A stretch of 64,000 bases of DNA from Balanoglossus misakiensis (GCA_040954595.2 CM082592.2:7241677-7305676), one strand, 5' to 3'; positions 1 to 13,900 are shown, numbered from the stretch's first letter. Notes: generated from the sequence alone by a model not told the origin. Made by a program: numbers and translations.

Positions 1-830
1 TGGTTCCCTAGCATACAGTTTGTATGACATGCCCCGCCCATGTCATGTACATGTCAGAGACAGACTGTTTCAGTCCAGTTTAAAACCCCACTAAAAACCC
101 AAGAACAGCAAAATAAATCACGTAAGTAGATATACACCGAGACATTTTACACGAATCCTTTTTTCACCCACGGCAAACACAAACCCGTTTTTTCACATAA
201 AGCTTTCTCAGACTGGTTTACAGGCCAGAGGGACAGATGAGTCATTTTATGCACAAATGCGTTTATTCGATTCAAAAGGTGTATGCGTCATCTTCCACGT
301 ATCATGGTATTTCATGACTGGGACAGAATAAAAAGCGTACAAATTATCAAGACATTCTTGAATTATATGATTAGCATTACAAACATGATAATTACAACTT
401 GCACCTGATAGATATCACGGCATCACGTCTCTTGTAAATTTCATTGTCAAAAATGTTCCTCAAAGAAAAGTACTCACTCAGAGAAAACCCTAAGGACACA
501 ATTTGCAAAAAGAGATTCTACGTGCCGATTATTACTACTTTACGATACTCATTACTAGTCACTATAGAAGCCAAGACAGACTGCCGAAAGTGTCGAATAA
601 GATTGCGTGTAATTTAAACGTGTGCATTGTTCGAAACTGGCGAATTTCTTGATCCTTGTGGTGTGCTAAAACACTAGTAACTTGACGAATATGTGTGAAT
701 ATTCTGAGAAAGGCAGTGGTCGGTTTAGGCGGCGTTGTTCTCGTTAAATTTTCAACACGGATTACTTCTCAAGAAATGGTCACTGAATTTGCTCTCTTGG
801 AGAAAACGAAAAGATGACATTGTAGGCCTA

Positions 831-2186
831 TTATCGGACTTGAATGTCCATCAGAAACTGCAGTTCGTCTCTAAGGATGACGTCATCTATAGTAACGCTG
901 ATCTGACTCTTCAAATACGGATAGTTCGTGCTTGATGAGTCTCCATCGAGGCAGCCGTCGAATATTTCGCATCTGTACGCTTGGTAACCGTCGTTTTGCC
1001 TCCCGTCGATCAAAACCACGCGAGTCTTGTAGCTTTTTGTCGCATGGGCTCGGTTGGGGTACAACAGAAAAGTGATGTTTCGCTTCGGAAATGAGTCGTC
1101 ACCCCCGGTTTTGGGCGGGCTCTGCTGGAAAACTTCAAGGCCCCACGATTCTGTCTTAGCCCCGTTTGCCGACAGAACGGCACAGTTGAATTTGGCCTGG
1201 CCACGTTCTCTCGACGGAAGGGCCTTCCATTTGACGATGCGAAGACCCGGTCCGTCCAGCTGAGCTATCTGATGGAGGTAGATGCGCGTTGAGAATTTCT
1301 CGGCGTTGAATATTCCTAGCTGTTTGTTCAGCAGGTGGTACTTGTATGCCTCGCTGATGTATTCCGTCAAATGCGATCCGGACCTTCCGACCAGATCCGA
1401 CGTTTCCACTTCGTGTAGCTGCAGAGGTGTCATCTGGGAGAACCGGACCAGGGGGCCGAGTTTTGCGATGTTTTCGTCCAATTGTTCGACGCGAGTCTCG
1501 TTCACCAGCCACTTTTCGAGCTGCTTGAAAAGCGCCAGTTCGTCGTTCACGCCCACGTTAGAATTCTGCAGGATTTGGAAAACGACGTCAAAGTCGAACG
1601 CCTCCCAGTCTTGGTGGAATTTGTCGAAAACCTCTTGCAGTTTCAGCCCTATGATGTCCAGGCACTGCGTGGACAGAGCGCCTAAACTGTAGTGTCGGGC
1701 CTTGCTTAACCATTTTATTGCGCTCGCCGTGTTTCCGCCCATTTTCACCCGCCTCTTGACGTAGTCCTCGCACGCCTTCTTCAACACCCTGACGTCGTAT
1801 TTATCGGCGAGGACGAGTATCGGCAGCGTGACGTCGGTCGTCAGCGTGATCGTTCCGGAGTACATGTATCTCAAAAACTCCCCAAAAACAGCCATGCAGT
1901 CGGCATCCTCCTCTAGGGTAATTTCGCACTTTTTGGAGTCGGTCCACTTTTCGTCCGTCAGCATCGTCTTGAAAACCTCGCTGTACATCGCCAGGAAAAA
2001 TTTGTTGCACTGGAACGACGATTCCCCGACTTTCAACACGACATCGCTGACTTCCGGATTGCAAAACTGGCTAGTTATCAGTCCGACATGCTCTGAAACC
2101 GACCCTATGGTTTCAGAGTCGTCTTTTCCTATCTGTGTGACGCTCTTCACATCCTTTGGTGAAACGGAAGTGTTGGAGGCCTCCAT
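831..2186 (-). CDS. Intronless BTB/POZ-BACK domain protein (BTBD17-like putative Cullin-3 adaptor), 451 aa
   Basis: Single 451-aa ORF with BTB signature (SDVVLKVG..FQCNKFFLAMYSEVFKTML..FLRYMYSG..LADKYDV..LKKAC) and BACK signature (ELALFKQLEKWL..LVRFSQMTPLQL); candidate minus-strand AATAAA near 262-267. Confidence 0.9.
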   Translation of the reverse strand: MEASNTSVSPKDVKSVTQIGKDDSETIGSVSEHVGLITSQFCNPEVSDVVLKVGESSFQCNKFFLAMYSEVFKTMLTDEKWTDSKKCEITLEEDADCMAVFGEFLRYMYSGTITLTTDVTLPILVLADKYDVRVLKKACEDYVKRRVKMGGNTASAIKWLSKARHYSLGALSTQCLDIIGLKLQEVFDKFHQDWEAFDFDVVFQILQNSNVGVNDELALFKQLEKWLVNETRVEQLDENIAKLGPLVRFSQMTPLQLHEVETSDLVGRSGSHLTEYISEAYKYHLLNKQLGIFNAEKFSTRIYLHQIAQLDGPGLRIVKWKALPSRERGQAKFNCAVLSANGAKTESWGLEVFQQSPPKTGGDDSFPKRNITFLLYPNRAHATKSYKTRVVLIDGRQNDGYQAYRCEIFDGCLDGDSSSTNYPYLKSQISVTIDDVILRDELQFLMDIQVR

Positions 2187-3117
2187 TCCTCGCTTGTTTC
2201 ACGTCGAAAAAGCTTGCTCAAAGCACACACGCAATAAGAACGACGTGATACCTGGAATCACTGCCAGCAAACTGAATGAAAACCACAGCACATACCCGCT
2301 TTATTCATTGCGACCCCGTATGACCAAAGGAAGTACTACTTAAAAGCATGATGTCATGTACTCAGCTAGATACTAGACTATGTACATCATAAATTACCTG
2401 CTAAACACATATAGATAGACATATCATATATGCCAATGTCTGTACAACGTGTAGCCTCGAGAGCTGTCCTTCCTCGAAAATTAACAAAAACATGTCTCGC
2501 AAGTTTAATTCAATATTCCCACAGCTACTACAAATAACAATTAGCCAAACGACTCGTCCAATCCTGTTCACGTACACGGCTGAGTCATTCGTCTCTCGAC
2601 CAAATGATCCATTGATATCCGACGTTCAGTCACCGTGTGAGTGGCCAAAACTGACGACATCTTCGGCTGGAATCGCCCCAATCCCTTATAACCCTACAGA
2701 TTTCGAAATTTCCCCCTGAAAACCACCACCCCCTCCCAGACATCATAAGGTTCACCTTTAGCTCTGCGTACAGGTCTGTGTGCTCCCGGTGTTACGCAGA
2801 GCTAGGTTCACCCCTGGTGATTAAGGGAAAGAGTACAATGTAGTTGATGCATAGAACAAAACTGACGAAAAAAGATCAGTGAACAGCAACCACTGCCCGA
2901 TAGTTGGTCCATATTCAGGCAATTGACATAATCGTGAATCTGAATCCGATCGATGCTGAAGGGACGCCACATAATAAAAACGAACGAACAAGTGCTAGTA
3001 TCTATAGATGGCGGCCATAGGCTTGAACTCCGGTGAACTTTTGAACCGCTGACCTTGCACACGTGACCTCCACAATTTGTTAAAACTGACAAAATATACG
3101 TAGGACCTTCGATAATC

Positions 3118-3685
3118 ATGTCTGGACCGATCACAGCGGACAGCCTCACAGAAAAGTTGAAACGAGATTTGGAAGCCGAACATGTGGTAAGAATGATCGA
3201 CGTATTTTGTAACCGACCATGCTGTGTTTTATGCACAGTCACTACACTAGAGTGACTGCTATATGACTTTGTTTATACCCTCCCCACAGGAAGTTGAAGA
3301 CATCAGCGACCCAGGCTGTGTTGGAGGGAAATTCATTGTACTAATTGTATCCGGAAAATTTGAAGGAAAGGCACTGGTACAAAGACACAGGTCAGTGGAT
3401 GGGATCATGGTGTTCTGATTGTCATATTTGATGAGATGGCGTACCCATCTCCTGCACGACATGGTAATATATTTCCCTCGCCCTGTTTGTGGGTGGGGGA
3501 CGGGTGGGGGTAAGGTTCAATTTATCGTATCAAAACTCGTGAAATAATGGTTGTCTGCTTTTCTTGTTTCTCTTCGCAGATTGGTGAATTCTTTTTTAAA
3601 AGAAGAACTGAAAGCTGATATCCATGCCCTGTCTATGAAGACACTGACTCCGGAACAGTGGAAAAAACAACAAGAAAGCAGTTGA
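3118..3685 (+). CDS. BOLA2: BolA-like protein 2 (3 exons: 3118-3186, 3290-3390, 3580-3685)
   Basis: Spliced translation MSGPITADSLTEKLKRDLEAEHV-EVEDISDPGCVGGKFIVLIVSGKFEGKALVQRHR-LVNSFLKEELKADIHALSMKTLTPEQWKKQQESS*. Matches the BolA2 pattern (FEGK.L.QRHRLVN..L.EE..IHA..KT.TP.QW); GT-AG introns are phase-consistent. Confidence 0.93.
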
Positions 3686-3994
3686 TGAAAAACACAAAAC
3701 ATTCTATCAGTTTCAGTTGTGCTGTAATTGTCAGGGCGAACAAAAATGATGAATGACTGAATATTCTAGATCCTGTGTATAGTTCAACAGCTTTGAATTC
3801 TGACGCCATCTTCATGTACAACACACATTTGAACAGTGGTATTAACTGTGGGAATGTGCATATATGACAAAACAGTGGCTTTTATCCATGGGATTTTGCC
3901 TGTTTCTCCAGTTTAGCAAACTTGAGTGTCTGGCACAGGATATATGGATTTTACTTCAAGATTATTCATTGCTACTTATGTATACAGTACAGTT

Positions 3995-4087
3995 TTAACC
4001 CTTTTACCACAATGGTTCAATCCAAACCTATTGTTTTCTATGGTAAGGTTGGACCTCTGTAGAGGGAACTGGGGGTGACAGGGTTAA
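3995..4087. mobile_element. ~90-bp TTAA-flanked MITE (piggyBac-like ends), copy 1
   Basis: TTAA-CCCT...AGGG-TTAA with internal ATGGTTCAATCCAAACCTATTGTTTTCTATGGTAAGGTTGGACCTCT shared with other copies in the window. Confidence 0.7.
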
Positions 4088-4224
4088 AATGCCCAAGTAG
4101 CTAATGTGAATAAAATATATTTTGAAATCAAACAAAAATGGTGTCATAGTTGACATTATTTGCATGCGTGTATATTCCCCCCCCCCCCCCCCCCCCCCCG
4201 GTCCCACGCCCTTGATGAGCGCCA

Positions 4225-4290
4225 CCAATGCGGGAAAGTGGAACTCTGGGATTGATTTGGAGACCAATATGGCGGCAGGTCTGAACTGTT
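4225..4290 (+). promoter_or_regulatory. Putative SEPT2 promoter elements (two CCAAT boxes, YY1-like ATGGCGGC)
   Basis: CCAAT at ~4225 and ~4264, and AATATGGCGGC about 145 nt upstream of the septin ATG, in a CpG-rich patch. Confidence 0.35.
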
Positions 4291-4413
4291 GACACTTCTC
4301 ACCGGGGTTTAGTCATTTTCCGCTCGATTACTAAGAGTTCCGATAAGCCTCTGTAGAGATCAACGACGTAGCTGGAATTTTACGACCGATCTGACATCTT
4401 TCCACAAACAGAC

Positions 4414-7400
4414 ATGGCTGCTGAGCATAGAACGGTAAGTTGGAAAGTTTGACACTTCCAAAGTTTTTCCGCCGAGTGGAATTTTTGGCCGAGCGATGGG
4501 TGTGATCGGCGCTTCCGCATTTTTACTACGGTGTAAATTTCATCAACAAAAGTGAAATCGCTGTTCACGTGTACAGTAGACAGGAAGGGCGTGTTGTATA
4601 TACTGCTAGTTCCGTGATCTATCCCCTCCACGTTAAAAATTAAGACGTGTGATCATCAGATGAATATGAGAACCTCGCCCATAAACTTTCGTTCTTCACC
4701 GGAGCTGCAGAGATTGCAGATTTCTATGGAGGTCAGATGTAGATCACATCGTGATCATCATCATCACAACCGATCTTACGAAGCCGGTGTGAATCGAGTA
4801 ATATCATCAGGGAGTATTCAGTAATAATCGTGTTATTATGGTTTAATACAGGGCTTGTCAGTGGACTGAACGTGTTTGCGAAACTAAAAAAATAACTGAA
4901 CACTGAGATCAGCTTCCACTCCCCGTAAACACAGGACGGAATATGGCTGGCCGGAGTCATCTTACAGATGATTAAATGTGGCTCATAGTTTTTCAAAAGA
5001 TGTTCAAAAAATATCAAATTACGTATTTTCTATGGTGAAGAATCCTATTGGGGTGGTAGAAAAAGTGTTCTATCTTTCTTTTTGCAGTTCACCAATCCCG
5101 AGCAATCTGGGTATGTAGGCTTTGCTAATCTGCCTAACCAAGTGCACAGAAAATCGGTGAAGAAGGGCTTTGAGTTCACACTTATGGTTGTGGGTAAGTG
5201 TTGAGTCATTATGGAGCTACATCTTGTGGAATGTAATTATTATCAACCAGATGTTTGATATGAGGCCACCAAACAATATTGCACATGGCAAGGATTACAA
5301 GATAAAGCCTGCAGCCTTCAGTCTTGTTATTACCACATGTACTTATGTGGCATTGTTGATAAAAGGCCTAACCTTGAATGTGACAGACTGCAGTGATTAT
5401 TTTTTAACTGCACTATAACTGGCCCACACTTGATTTTTTTTAGGTGAAGCTGGTCTTGGGAAATCCACTCTGGTCAATAGTTTATTTCTGACTGACCTGT
5501 ATCCAGAAAGGCACATCCCTGGTGCCGCAGGTATGAACTGTGTGTCTTTTTCAGAACAAACTGATGATAATCACACTGCTAATCTTTGTAAAGATAAATT
5601 ATCCATCATTAAATGTAAGTTTTAATAGATAAAACTGGCATTTTAGAATGTATGATTTGCATGATGTATTTAACAACAGTCTATCTGTGATCCCGTCTCC
5701 TTGTAGAGAAAATCGATAAGACCGTTTCAATCGACGCGTCCACAGTGGAGATCGAAGAACGAGGAGTGAAGCTGCGGTTGACTGTGGTCGACACTCCGGG
5801 TTACGGTGATGCAATCAACAATGAGAACTGGTAAGTCATCTTGCATTTTATGTCTCACCCAAAATAGTCCTCTGCATGCAAATAAGAAACGTTGCAATAT
5901 CGACTAGCCACGGTGCTTGCTCTTGTTGTAGTCCTGACACACTGCTGACATTTTCCTTTCAGTTTTAATCCAATCATCCAGTACATCGACGAGCAGTTTG
6001 AGCGATACTTACAAGATGAGAGTGGATTGAACAGACGCAACATCATCGACAACAGAGTCCATTGCTGCTTTTATTTCATTTCACCCACCGGACACGGGTA
6101 AGTTGTACCTTTTCTCTCAGCGGCAGTCAACTGACCATATTTACCCCGATTTCTGTGAATGCTGGGTTTAATATGTCTACCACCCATCTTTGACCAGTTG
6201 CTGTGCTGTATTCACAGGTTGAAACCACTAGACGTAGAATTCATGAGAGCTTTACACAACAAAGTCAACATCGTGCCGGTGATTGCAAAGTCTGACACGC
6301 TCACCAAGAAGGAAATCCTGAAACTTAAGACCAAGGTAAGACGGTAACCTGGCTTAACGCTTTCACCAAAATGGTTCAGTCCAGACCCATTGTTTTCTAT
6401 GATAAGGTTGGACCTCTGAAGACAATACTCATGAGTGGTAAAGTACCGAGGGTTAACAATCTCATTTGGTGTTATTTTTTCTCCCCCAATTTGTTTCAGG
6501 TCCTCAATGAAATCGAACAGCATGGAATTTCAATTTATAGAATTCCAGACTGTGATTCTGATGAGGATGAAGATTTCAAGGAACAGAACAGACAATTAAA
6601 GGTACAATGGCATTTGATAAAAATTAGACCACCAGAATCATTTACTAACTTAATCATTATCAGTGCCTCTGTAAAAGATATTCCCATTTATAATGCAATA
6701 TTCTTGAATTTTTAATTTCTAACAATCATGATATTAATGTTGCATGATCTAAGAATGTCTCTTCAATTTTCAATGTGATTTCAGGATGGCATGCCATTCG
6801 CTGTGTGTGGGTCCAGTCAGCTCATCGAAGTCAGGGGTCGTAAGGTCAGAGGTCGCCTATACCCATGGGGTGTTGTGGAAGGTATGCAGAAGTTTACATG
6901 ATTGGATTCCTACGTTTTCCTGCCTATAGAAAAGGTTACATAAGTCTCGTCCAGTGGACAATGAATCGAACAACAGTTGTTTGTATTCCAAGAGGCTTAG
7001 GAAGAAAGCGTAGGTAAAGAGTATACTGATAATCTGAAAGAGAATGGCCGTGTAAATCTTGTTATGAGCTCCATTTCCATGTTTCATAAAACAAATTCTT
7101 TTTTCCTCCTACAGTTGAAAACCCGGATCATTGCGATTTCATCAAGTTACGCTCCATGTTAATGTGAGTACATTAAGGATTTGTGATTCATCCCTTATTA
7201 ATATTCAGCAATCTCTTTTGAATTGTGGTGTTCCACTTCAATCAAATATTAACTGAAGTATGATATAATTTGTATATTTCCTCAGTACACATATGCAAGA
7301 TCTGCAGGAGGTCACCCAAGACGTGCACTACGAGAACTTCCGATCTGAAAAACTGGCCAAGTCCGGAGGCGGCAAACCATTCAAACCGTAAGTTGTTATG

Positions 7401-7823
7401 CCAAATGCAGTAAGAAGCCGTGGGCTAATCAAAATGGTTTGGTGGAATAAGATGCAATGTGGCAGCCAACCGTCATTGTGATGAAAGGTTTAAGATGGTT
7501 CTAATGGTTCTAACGTATTTCTATTCACAGAGCAAAGATGAAGAGAGATGACAGTGGTGAAAAGATGTCAGAGAAAGATAAGATACTATTAGAAAAAGAA
7601 GCTGAGGTGAGTGAATCCGTCATCTGCTTTCTTGTTTTTCCCAAACTTTCTATTTGTATTCCTCTCCAGTATATCAAACACAATATCACTTTATGTGTAG
7701 TCATACATAACAGCCATTGATTGTCTACCTCACGTCACACAGCTGAAACGAATGCAAGAAATGTTGGCCAAGATGCAACAGCAGATGAAACAGCAGGGCG
7801 AGGTGACTTCCCACAAGATATAA
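4414..7823 (+). CDS. SEPTIN2: Septin-2-group GTPase (12 coding exons: 4414-4434, 5088-5193, 5444-5530, 5707-5830, 5963-6097, 6218-6335, 6500-6601, 6785-6881, 7115-7163, 7286-7387, 7531-7606, 7743-7823)
   Basis: Translation contains [38 protein letters not shown] (P-loop), DTPGYGD (G3), AKSD (G4), [19 protein letters not shown] (septin unique element) and C-terminal coiled coil EKEAELKRMQEM; all intron phases are consistent. Confidence 0.96.
6354..6456. mobile_element. TTAA-flanked MITE copy 2 (in a septin intron)
   Basis: TTAACGCTTTCACC-AAAATGGTTCAGTCCAGACCCATTGTTTTCTATGATAAGGTTGGACCTCT...AGGGTTAA; homologous to 3995-4087. Confidence 0.65.
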
Positions 7824-10800
7824 GAAATAGGCTCCCACTGGTGAGTATTCATTCTGTTCCGTCTGATAGTATCAGAATCTTGTGATCTTAAGGAGCCCTT
7901 TCGAGAAATTTTACTGTATTTTGGAAATTTGAATGTCTATAGGCTTTCATGTGTAATGTCTGTCACTGTTCTTCATCTCTAACAGAATTGGTCTTGGGTG
8001 TGCCCAAATAACCTCAAAATGCAAGACAAAAAAAATGACGGTGCAGGACTTTCGATGTAACCTCCATTCACCATAGTAACAAGGGTGTAGACATAGTGGT
8101 AAAATTTCAACTTTTTTTCATTGTACACAGAATCTGGCATTTACAAACTATGAGTTACATGTAAAAAAAACCCAATCAAAGGTCAATTTCAGTATCTGTC
8201 TGTAGTAATCTGTACCATAACATTTTGTATTTCACTGAAACCGTGCTAGGAATTGTATTGTGTTTAAGCAATATTTTTATATTGTATTTAGTTTCCTTTT
8301 TCTTTAGTAATGCTCTTTTTTCGTGGGTGTTTTGTAGAAAACATCAGATGGTGCTGAGATATTTATTTTATAACCATAACAGTCAAGTACCATTGTAGAG
8401 ATACTTATGCATTAATCATTGTCCCAAAATTCGTTGCTGAGTTCATATTGTGAGGGATTGGTACATTGTTGCCGATAATAAAAGGTATTCAAAGGTATTA
8501 CAGTTGAATAAAATCAGGTATCATTACTGGTACAGTACTTGTGAAATTCATCATGTCACACCAAAGTATATGGTCTTGCGACGCACACTTGTCCATCAAC
8601 CTCCATTTTGACCTATCAGTATGCTTTATCACAGGACCCTGTTGACATTACTGACAGACACCAAAAAGTAGATCATTCAAATGGATTGTCAAATGGGAGT
8701 ACATGTACTGTTTCATCCACAGACAATTAATTTATGCAAATTATATGCATGTGAGGAACACTCAGCAATTTAAATATACAGTAACACCTGGCCATCATCA
8801 AAGAAACAGGTTCAAGTAAGGTCACAATTATATTTGTATTGAATGTAAATTATTTTTGTCACGATAGTCAATTTTGAATGCTGTTTTGATACTTCAGTTT
8901 TTGTGAAGAAATAATTTTACATTATGGTGATAAAATATGTTAATCTATGCATTCCAGGATCATATATATGCAGCAAAAAAATTATTGAGTTTGATATTTT
9001 ACTGGCATAGAAATACAACAAAGGAATATGTGCAGATACATGTATCTGAATTCTGTAGTGTGTAGGTTCGGTTATGAAGGTAGAAAGTCAAGGAGGTTTT
9101 TGTTCTTCCATATGTCTGTTTACTTCAAGTATTAGATGTAAACATTTACTTCCCAATCACCATGACACGTACCACAATAATTGTAAATGCCTGAATTTTA
9201 CAGTGTGCTTTAAGTTTTTACTCGGTATTGAAGAACTGCCTTCAAAAGTTAACCAGACAGTCATTCATGATTTTCTACAAACTCATTTTTCCTTAAAATT
9301 CACGTTCCTACTGCCATGTGGATAATATGGATAAAAACGTCCAATCATCTTGCAGTTAATGAGAAATGCAACATTTGCCTTTCACAAAATTGCTTGAAGT
9401 GTAACAACATTTATGAGAACTTTTCACCAAACTCTGTCCTCTGACAAAATTTGTGTGCCTTAGACGTAATATCTCAGTAGTGTGTACATGTATTACGGTT
9501 GTATAGCATGCAATGCAGTATGACATCTTGCAGATGCATTAACACTTGTCGAAACTGAACACCACCTAGCAACTGTGTAGTGTGGGACCCACACCTGCAG
9601 AAGGGATGACACTCGCCCTTTAAAGTGATAGTAACTTCTGAAATCACTGTTCACAGTCTACAGGTTTCACTACATCTAGTCTTTCAGCACTGACATGAAA
9701 AAGTAATTATCTTTTGTAATATAGATCTAAAACATAGTTTTTGTACTAGATATGTACGTTTACTGACCCTGTTTGTACACAGATCAAAGTTTAGAATTTT
9801 TTCGTTAAAAGTAAAACCCATGGAAAACAAACTATGCCATGATGGGCGTGTGGTAAACTTGTTTTACCATTAGTCACAGCGTATCATGGTCATTATTTGA
9901 ACATTTTTGAGTTTAACACATTTTTTGTATGTTACACATTAAAACCATATTTTTAAGAGAACATGTTGTGGTGTCCGCTTTCGTTCTTGTACTTTTGTGA
10001 TGATGCAGTAAAGACAAGCATTATCACCTGGAAACTGAATACTTCATTAAATGCAGCATTTTAATCGCAAAGCGTATTCCATCGGATCAAACGAATGGCA
10101 TGTTTATCATTATGTAATAAATATACAAGACAAAGTTATTTAATAAATATTGTTTAACTAGAGTGAAAAGTAAATGCTTGAAAAAACCCCGAATAATGCA
10201 AATATTCCTTACTTTAAATAGGTAAATCGTCATTGATGCAGCATATTGGCGAGTATAATGGCGTTTGCAGTAGAAGTCCTGCCACCAACGACACGAATTA
10301 GGTGTACCCCTTGTTTAAATTTTCAGCTGCGAGTGGTACAACGAAAGTTTGCGCAGAGTGTAAATTCTGAACACCAATAATAATAATAAAAATAATAAAT
10401 ACAAATAAATAGAATTGCTGTAGTCATGTGACTGAGAAGAATTTAAATAGAATAATTTTAGTACAAACGATGTTTGATGGTCAATTGAAATAATGCAGTC
10501 ATAAATAATTTATATTAAGCATGAGTTAGAGCATAATAAATATTCACACAATAAATAAGGACACATTAAAATGTGTGTATCCAGTTAAAGTAATATACTT
10601 AGTTTTGTTTTCTTAACACCAAATTTAAATAACGATTTCATAAACAAAAAAAAATGAAATCAACGGTAAATGCGATTTTTCATACATCATGTTACAATAA
10701 ATTATTACAAGCTGCTCACCGTCGCAAAATGCGACTGTTTGCAAGAATGTACGACATGCAAAGTTGTCGTAAATGGGAACCTATACCCATTTACGGCAAC

Positions 10801-10999
10801 TGCAAAAAGCTTCACTCTTTTCGCCCATAAAGTACGCATACCCTTCACAACGAAAATTACGACGAACAAATTCAACATCTGGAGAGAAACGAGCCGGAAA
10901 TTAAGGTCAGTCGAATCTGGCGAAACACGGCGTGGTTTTGTACAAAGGGCCAACACCCTAAAATCTTTAACGGTACAAGGCCCTTGGTCTGGAAGCAGA

Positions 11000-13900
11000 C
11001 TATATTCTGATGTCACCGTTGATGATTTTCAAATACGTGCTGCACTCCAAAGGCACGTAACTCTGGGCCTTGTTGTCCATCCAAAACAGCGGGTCGGAAA
11101 TCAGACTGGGGTCGAAGCCTTCGTTCATGAGATCAACTTTCTTCTGCTTAAAGGTGCCCGTGTGGGGAAGGTTGGACTTCAGTCGGAGGAAACGCGGAGA
11201 CGCGTAGCTAGGCAGACGCGATGTCGCGTGCTTGAAAAGACCGGGAAAGTCCAGCGCGCGGTCGCCATCGTCATCGTCATCACACAAGGAGATTGCCGCC
11301 ATACCAACTTTCCCGTAGTGACCTTTTGGAAGATCGGGAAATATACTTGATTGATATTCATTCATGTACAAGACTGGATGTAGTTTGTCGATTCGAGACT
11401 TTTTTTAAGTCAGTGAAGACATTTAAGTCTTGTTCCAAGCAACCACAAAACAAAGATATCTTTTAGCCTAACTTACCTGGGACAGTAACTCCATAGACGC
11501 AGGTTTCTTTAATTCCGTCAAATTCGGTCACGGTCTGGGACACCTCGGTCGTGGCGACATTTTCGCCCTTCCATCTGAAAACGAATTTAGAAAGGAAAAG
11601 TTATTAGTCAACTAAAGAATATTCATTATTTTAAACGTGCCAGAGCTCTCAGAATTTCCATAAAGGCGCATGCGTCTCCCTCTCTCGTTGCCTGTAGTCG
11701 CCTGGCAACTGATATCATGTGACCTCGCTAAACCATCACTGACATTAAAAAAAAAAGAGAGTTTTACCTGAAAGTGTCGCCAAGACGATCCTTGAAATAG
11801 AAGAAATTGTCTTCATCTTGCATAAGCAGATCTCCGGTGTTGTAGTAAAGATCGCCCTCACGCAAGACATTATTCAAGATCTTCTTCTGTGTGAGCGATT
11901 TGTTGCCAACGTAACCTTCCAACGGGAACATCTTGGTGACGGGACACACCAACAGACCGACTTCGCCTTGAAATAAGAAAAACGTGCGCGAACAGTTATT
12001 TTTTGCACGCAAACATCACTCTCAGTCGTTTGACGTCGTCGTAAATTTTTAACTGAGAAACCAGGTGAATCAGACCAGTAACCATAACGACAGCGCTTAC
12101 CTGTTTTCACCTTGATACATCTGCCGTTTTCATCTCGGAGAGGCTCAGCTGATTCGTAATCATATTTGATGAGTTCAATCGGACACAGAGTCTAAAAATT
12201 AAACCAAACAAAATGCATGGTTAAGCCGCTGATTCTTTCGAATCGTCGTCTTTCGCGGCCATTCATGCTATTTCCGACCGTTCCTCAACCAACCAACCAA
12301 CCAACCAAACAAACGTCATCTTCTATACTTACTCTCAGAAGTGGCGACCAGCATCCTACCGACCCAACTTTGTTGTCGACGTTCATCATTCCAAAGTTTC
12401 CCTCCGTAGCGCCGTATGTTTCCACGATCTGCGGGATGTTGTATCGTTCCTGCACCGTCTTCCAGATGTCTGCACCGAGACCGTTGCCAACAGCCAGACG
12501 CACGCTGTTCTCGCCGTCTTTTTCCTCCTGATTAAAAAATAAAATTCCGTTAAACACGTGGTATATTTTTATGAACTTGGAATTGACAACGTGTAGTAAA
12601 CCCTATATACCTCGCAATGAACGGATAATTGTCGATTTTTAATAACGTTGGTAATTACCTTTGGTCTTGCCAGCAGATAACGGAAGAGTTCGCCGATGTA
12701 CAAGATCACGGTCACTTTGTGTTCGCGACAGTCTTCCCAAAAGTGAGTGGCGGAGAACTTGTTTCTTAGAACGACGGTTGCGCCTACCAGAAATACATGA
12801 ATCAGACAGAAAATGAAATACACGTGACAGTCAAGGTAATATCCGTGAAACATTACTATAGTATACTATATATTACGGTTACTCCCCCCCCCCCATCTTA
12901 GTTACACCCTTCGAATGGCGATGATTTGCATAAAACTACACTGATGATTTTGGCATGACCATGCAGTGCAAAACAGTAATGTGACACCGAAGTACATGTG
13001 CATGCGAACGAGGTTGTGTCAAAATGATTCTTACCTGCAGTAATGGCGTTGGCCAATCCGATAAACAGCGCTGATATGTGGTAGAGAGGCATAGTGATGT
13101 ACAAGACATCATCCGAGTTGATATCGAAGAAAGAAAGCAAGTGGCCGCCGGCCAAAAGTTTGTAATGCGACAGCCTGGTAGCTTTTGGTAGACCTGCAGG
13201 ACGAAGTAAAAAAAGAAAATCAATCATATTCTCAAAATTTAATAAAGGTAGAAATCAGATTAAAATATTCTAAAGACTAAAAGACAACTATATTCAAAAA
13301 TGGGTTTTCAGGTCGGGGTTCCACTGCGATTGGCCGCGTGCACGGTATACTTCAGTCATATTTTTTTTTTATAAAATTGCGTTTTGAGAGAAAATAGTGG
13401 GTGGTAAGTGAATTTTTATTCCGGAAAATACATACCAGTTGTCCCGGAAGTGTAGATGTAAGCTGCTGAATGCTGGAAAGTAATCTTGTTGCGGTACTCT
13501 GACGATGGTTGCTGGTCGCTGGCGTTTCTCGTCATCTCGTCCATGGAGACAGCGCCCTCAGGCAGGTCGTTGCCATTAGCTCCCTGGATCCAGGTACTGA
13601 TGCCGGCTGAACTCAGCTCGGGGAGGATCTCGGTTGCAGCATCGAGCAGGGACTGACCTGGGGGGAGAGAGAGAAAGAAAAGTATGAGATAATACCCGAG
13701 TGCATCGAGAGAACAAAACGTTGAAATTTCTCTCATGGTGCGCCACGCCCATTTGGCAAATGTCTCTTGTAAACGTTTGTTACAGGGGGTTTTGGAATTT
13801 GGAGAACGCTGGACTGACGTACCGCCACTGATCACGGACTCGTCTCCTTTGTATGCGATCTCACAGCACCGTAACGCGTTGATGAGTTCATTGACCGGCT

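Noticed and set aside
1054-2343. Several plus-strand ORFs overlapping the BTB gene
   Set aside because: Antisense shadows of a GC-rich coding sequence; no recognisable motifs.
4177-4199. Long C/G homopolymers (also ~31846-31865 and ~61222-61239)
   Set aside because: Simple runs whose length is error-prone; G-quadruplex potential is generic and unsupported.
9996-10040. Possible C/D-box snoRNA (GTGATGA...CTGA)
   Set aside because: Too short (~43 nt), not intronic, and no terminal stem.
10670-11350. 226-aa plus-strand ORF
   Set aside because: Antisense to the FATP last exon and 3' UTR; no supporting splice or motif evidence.
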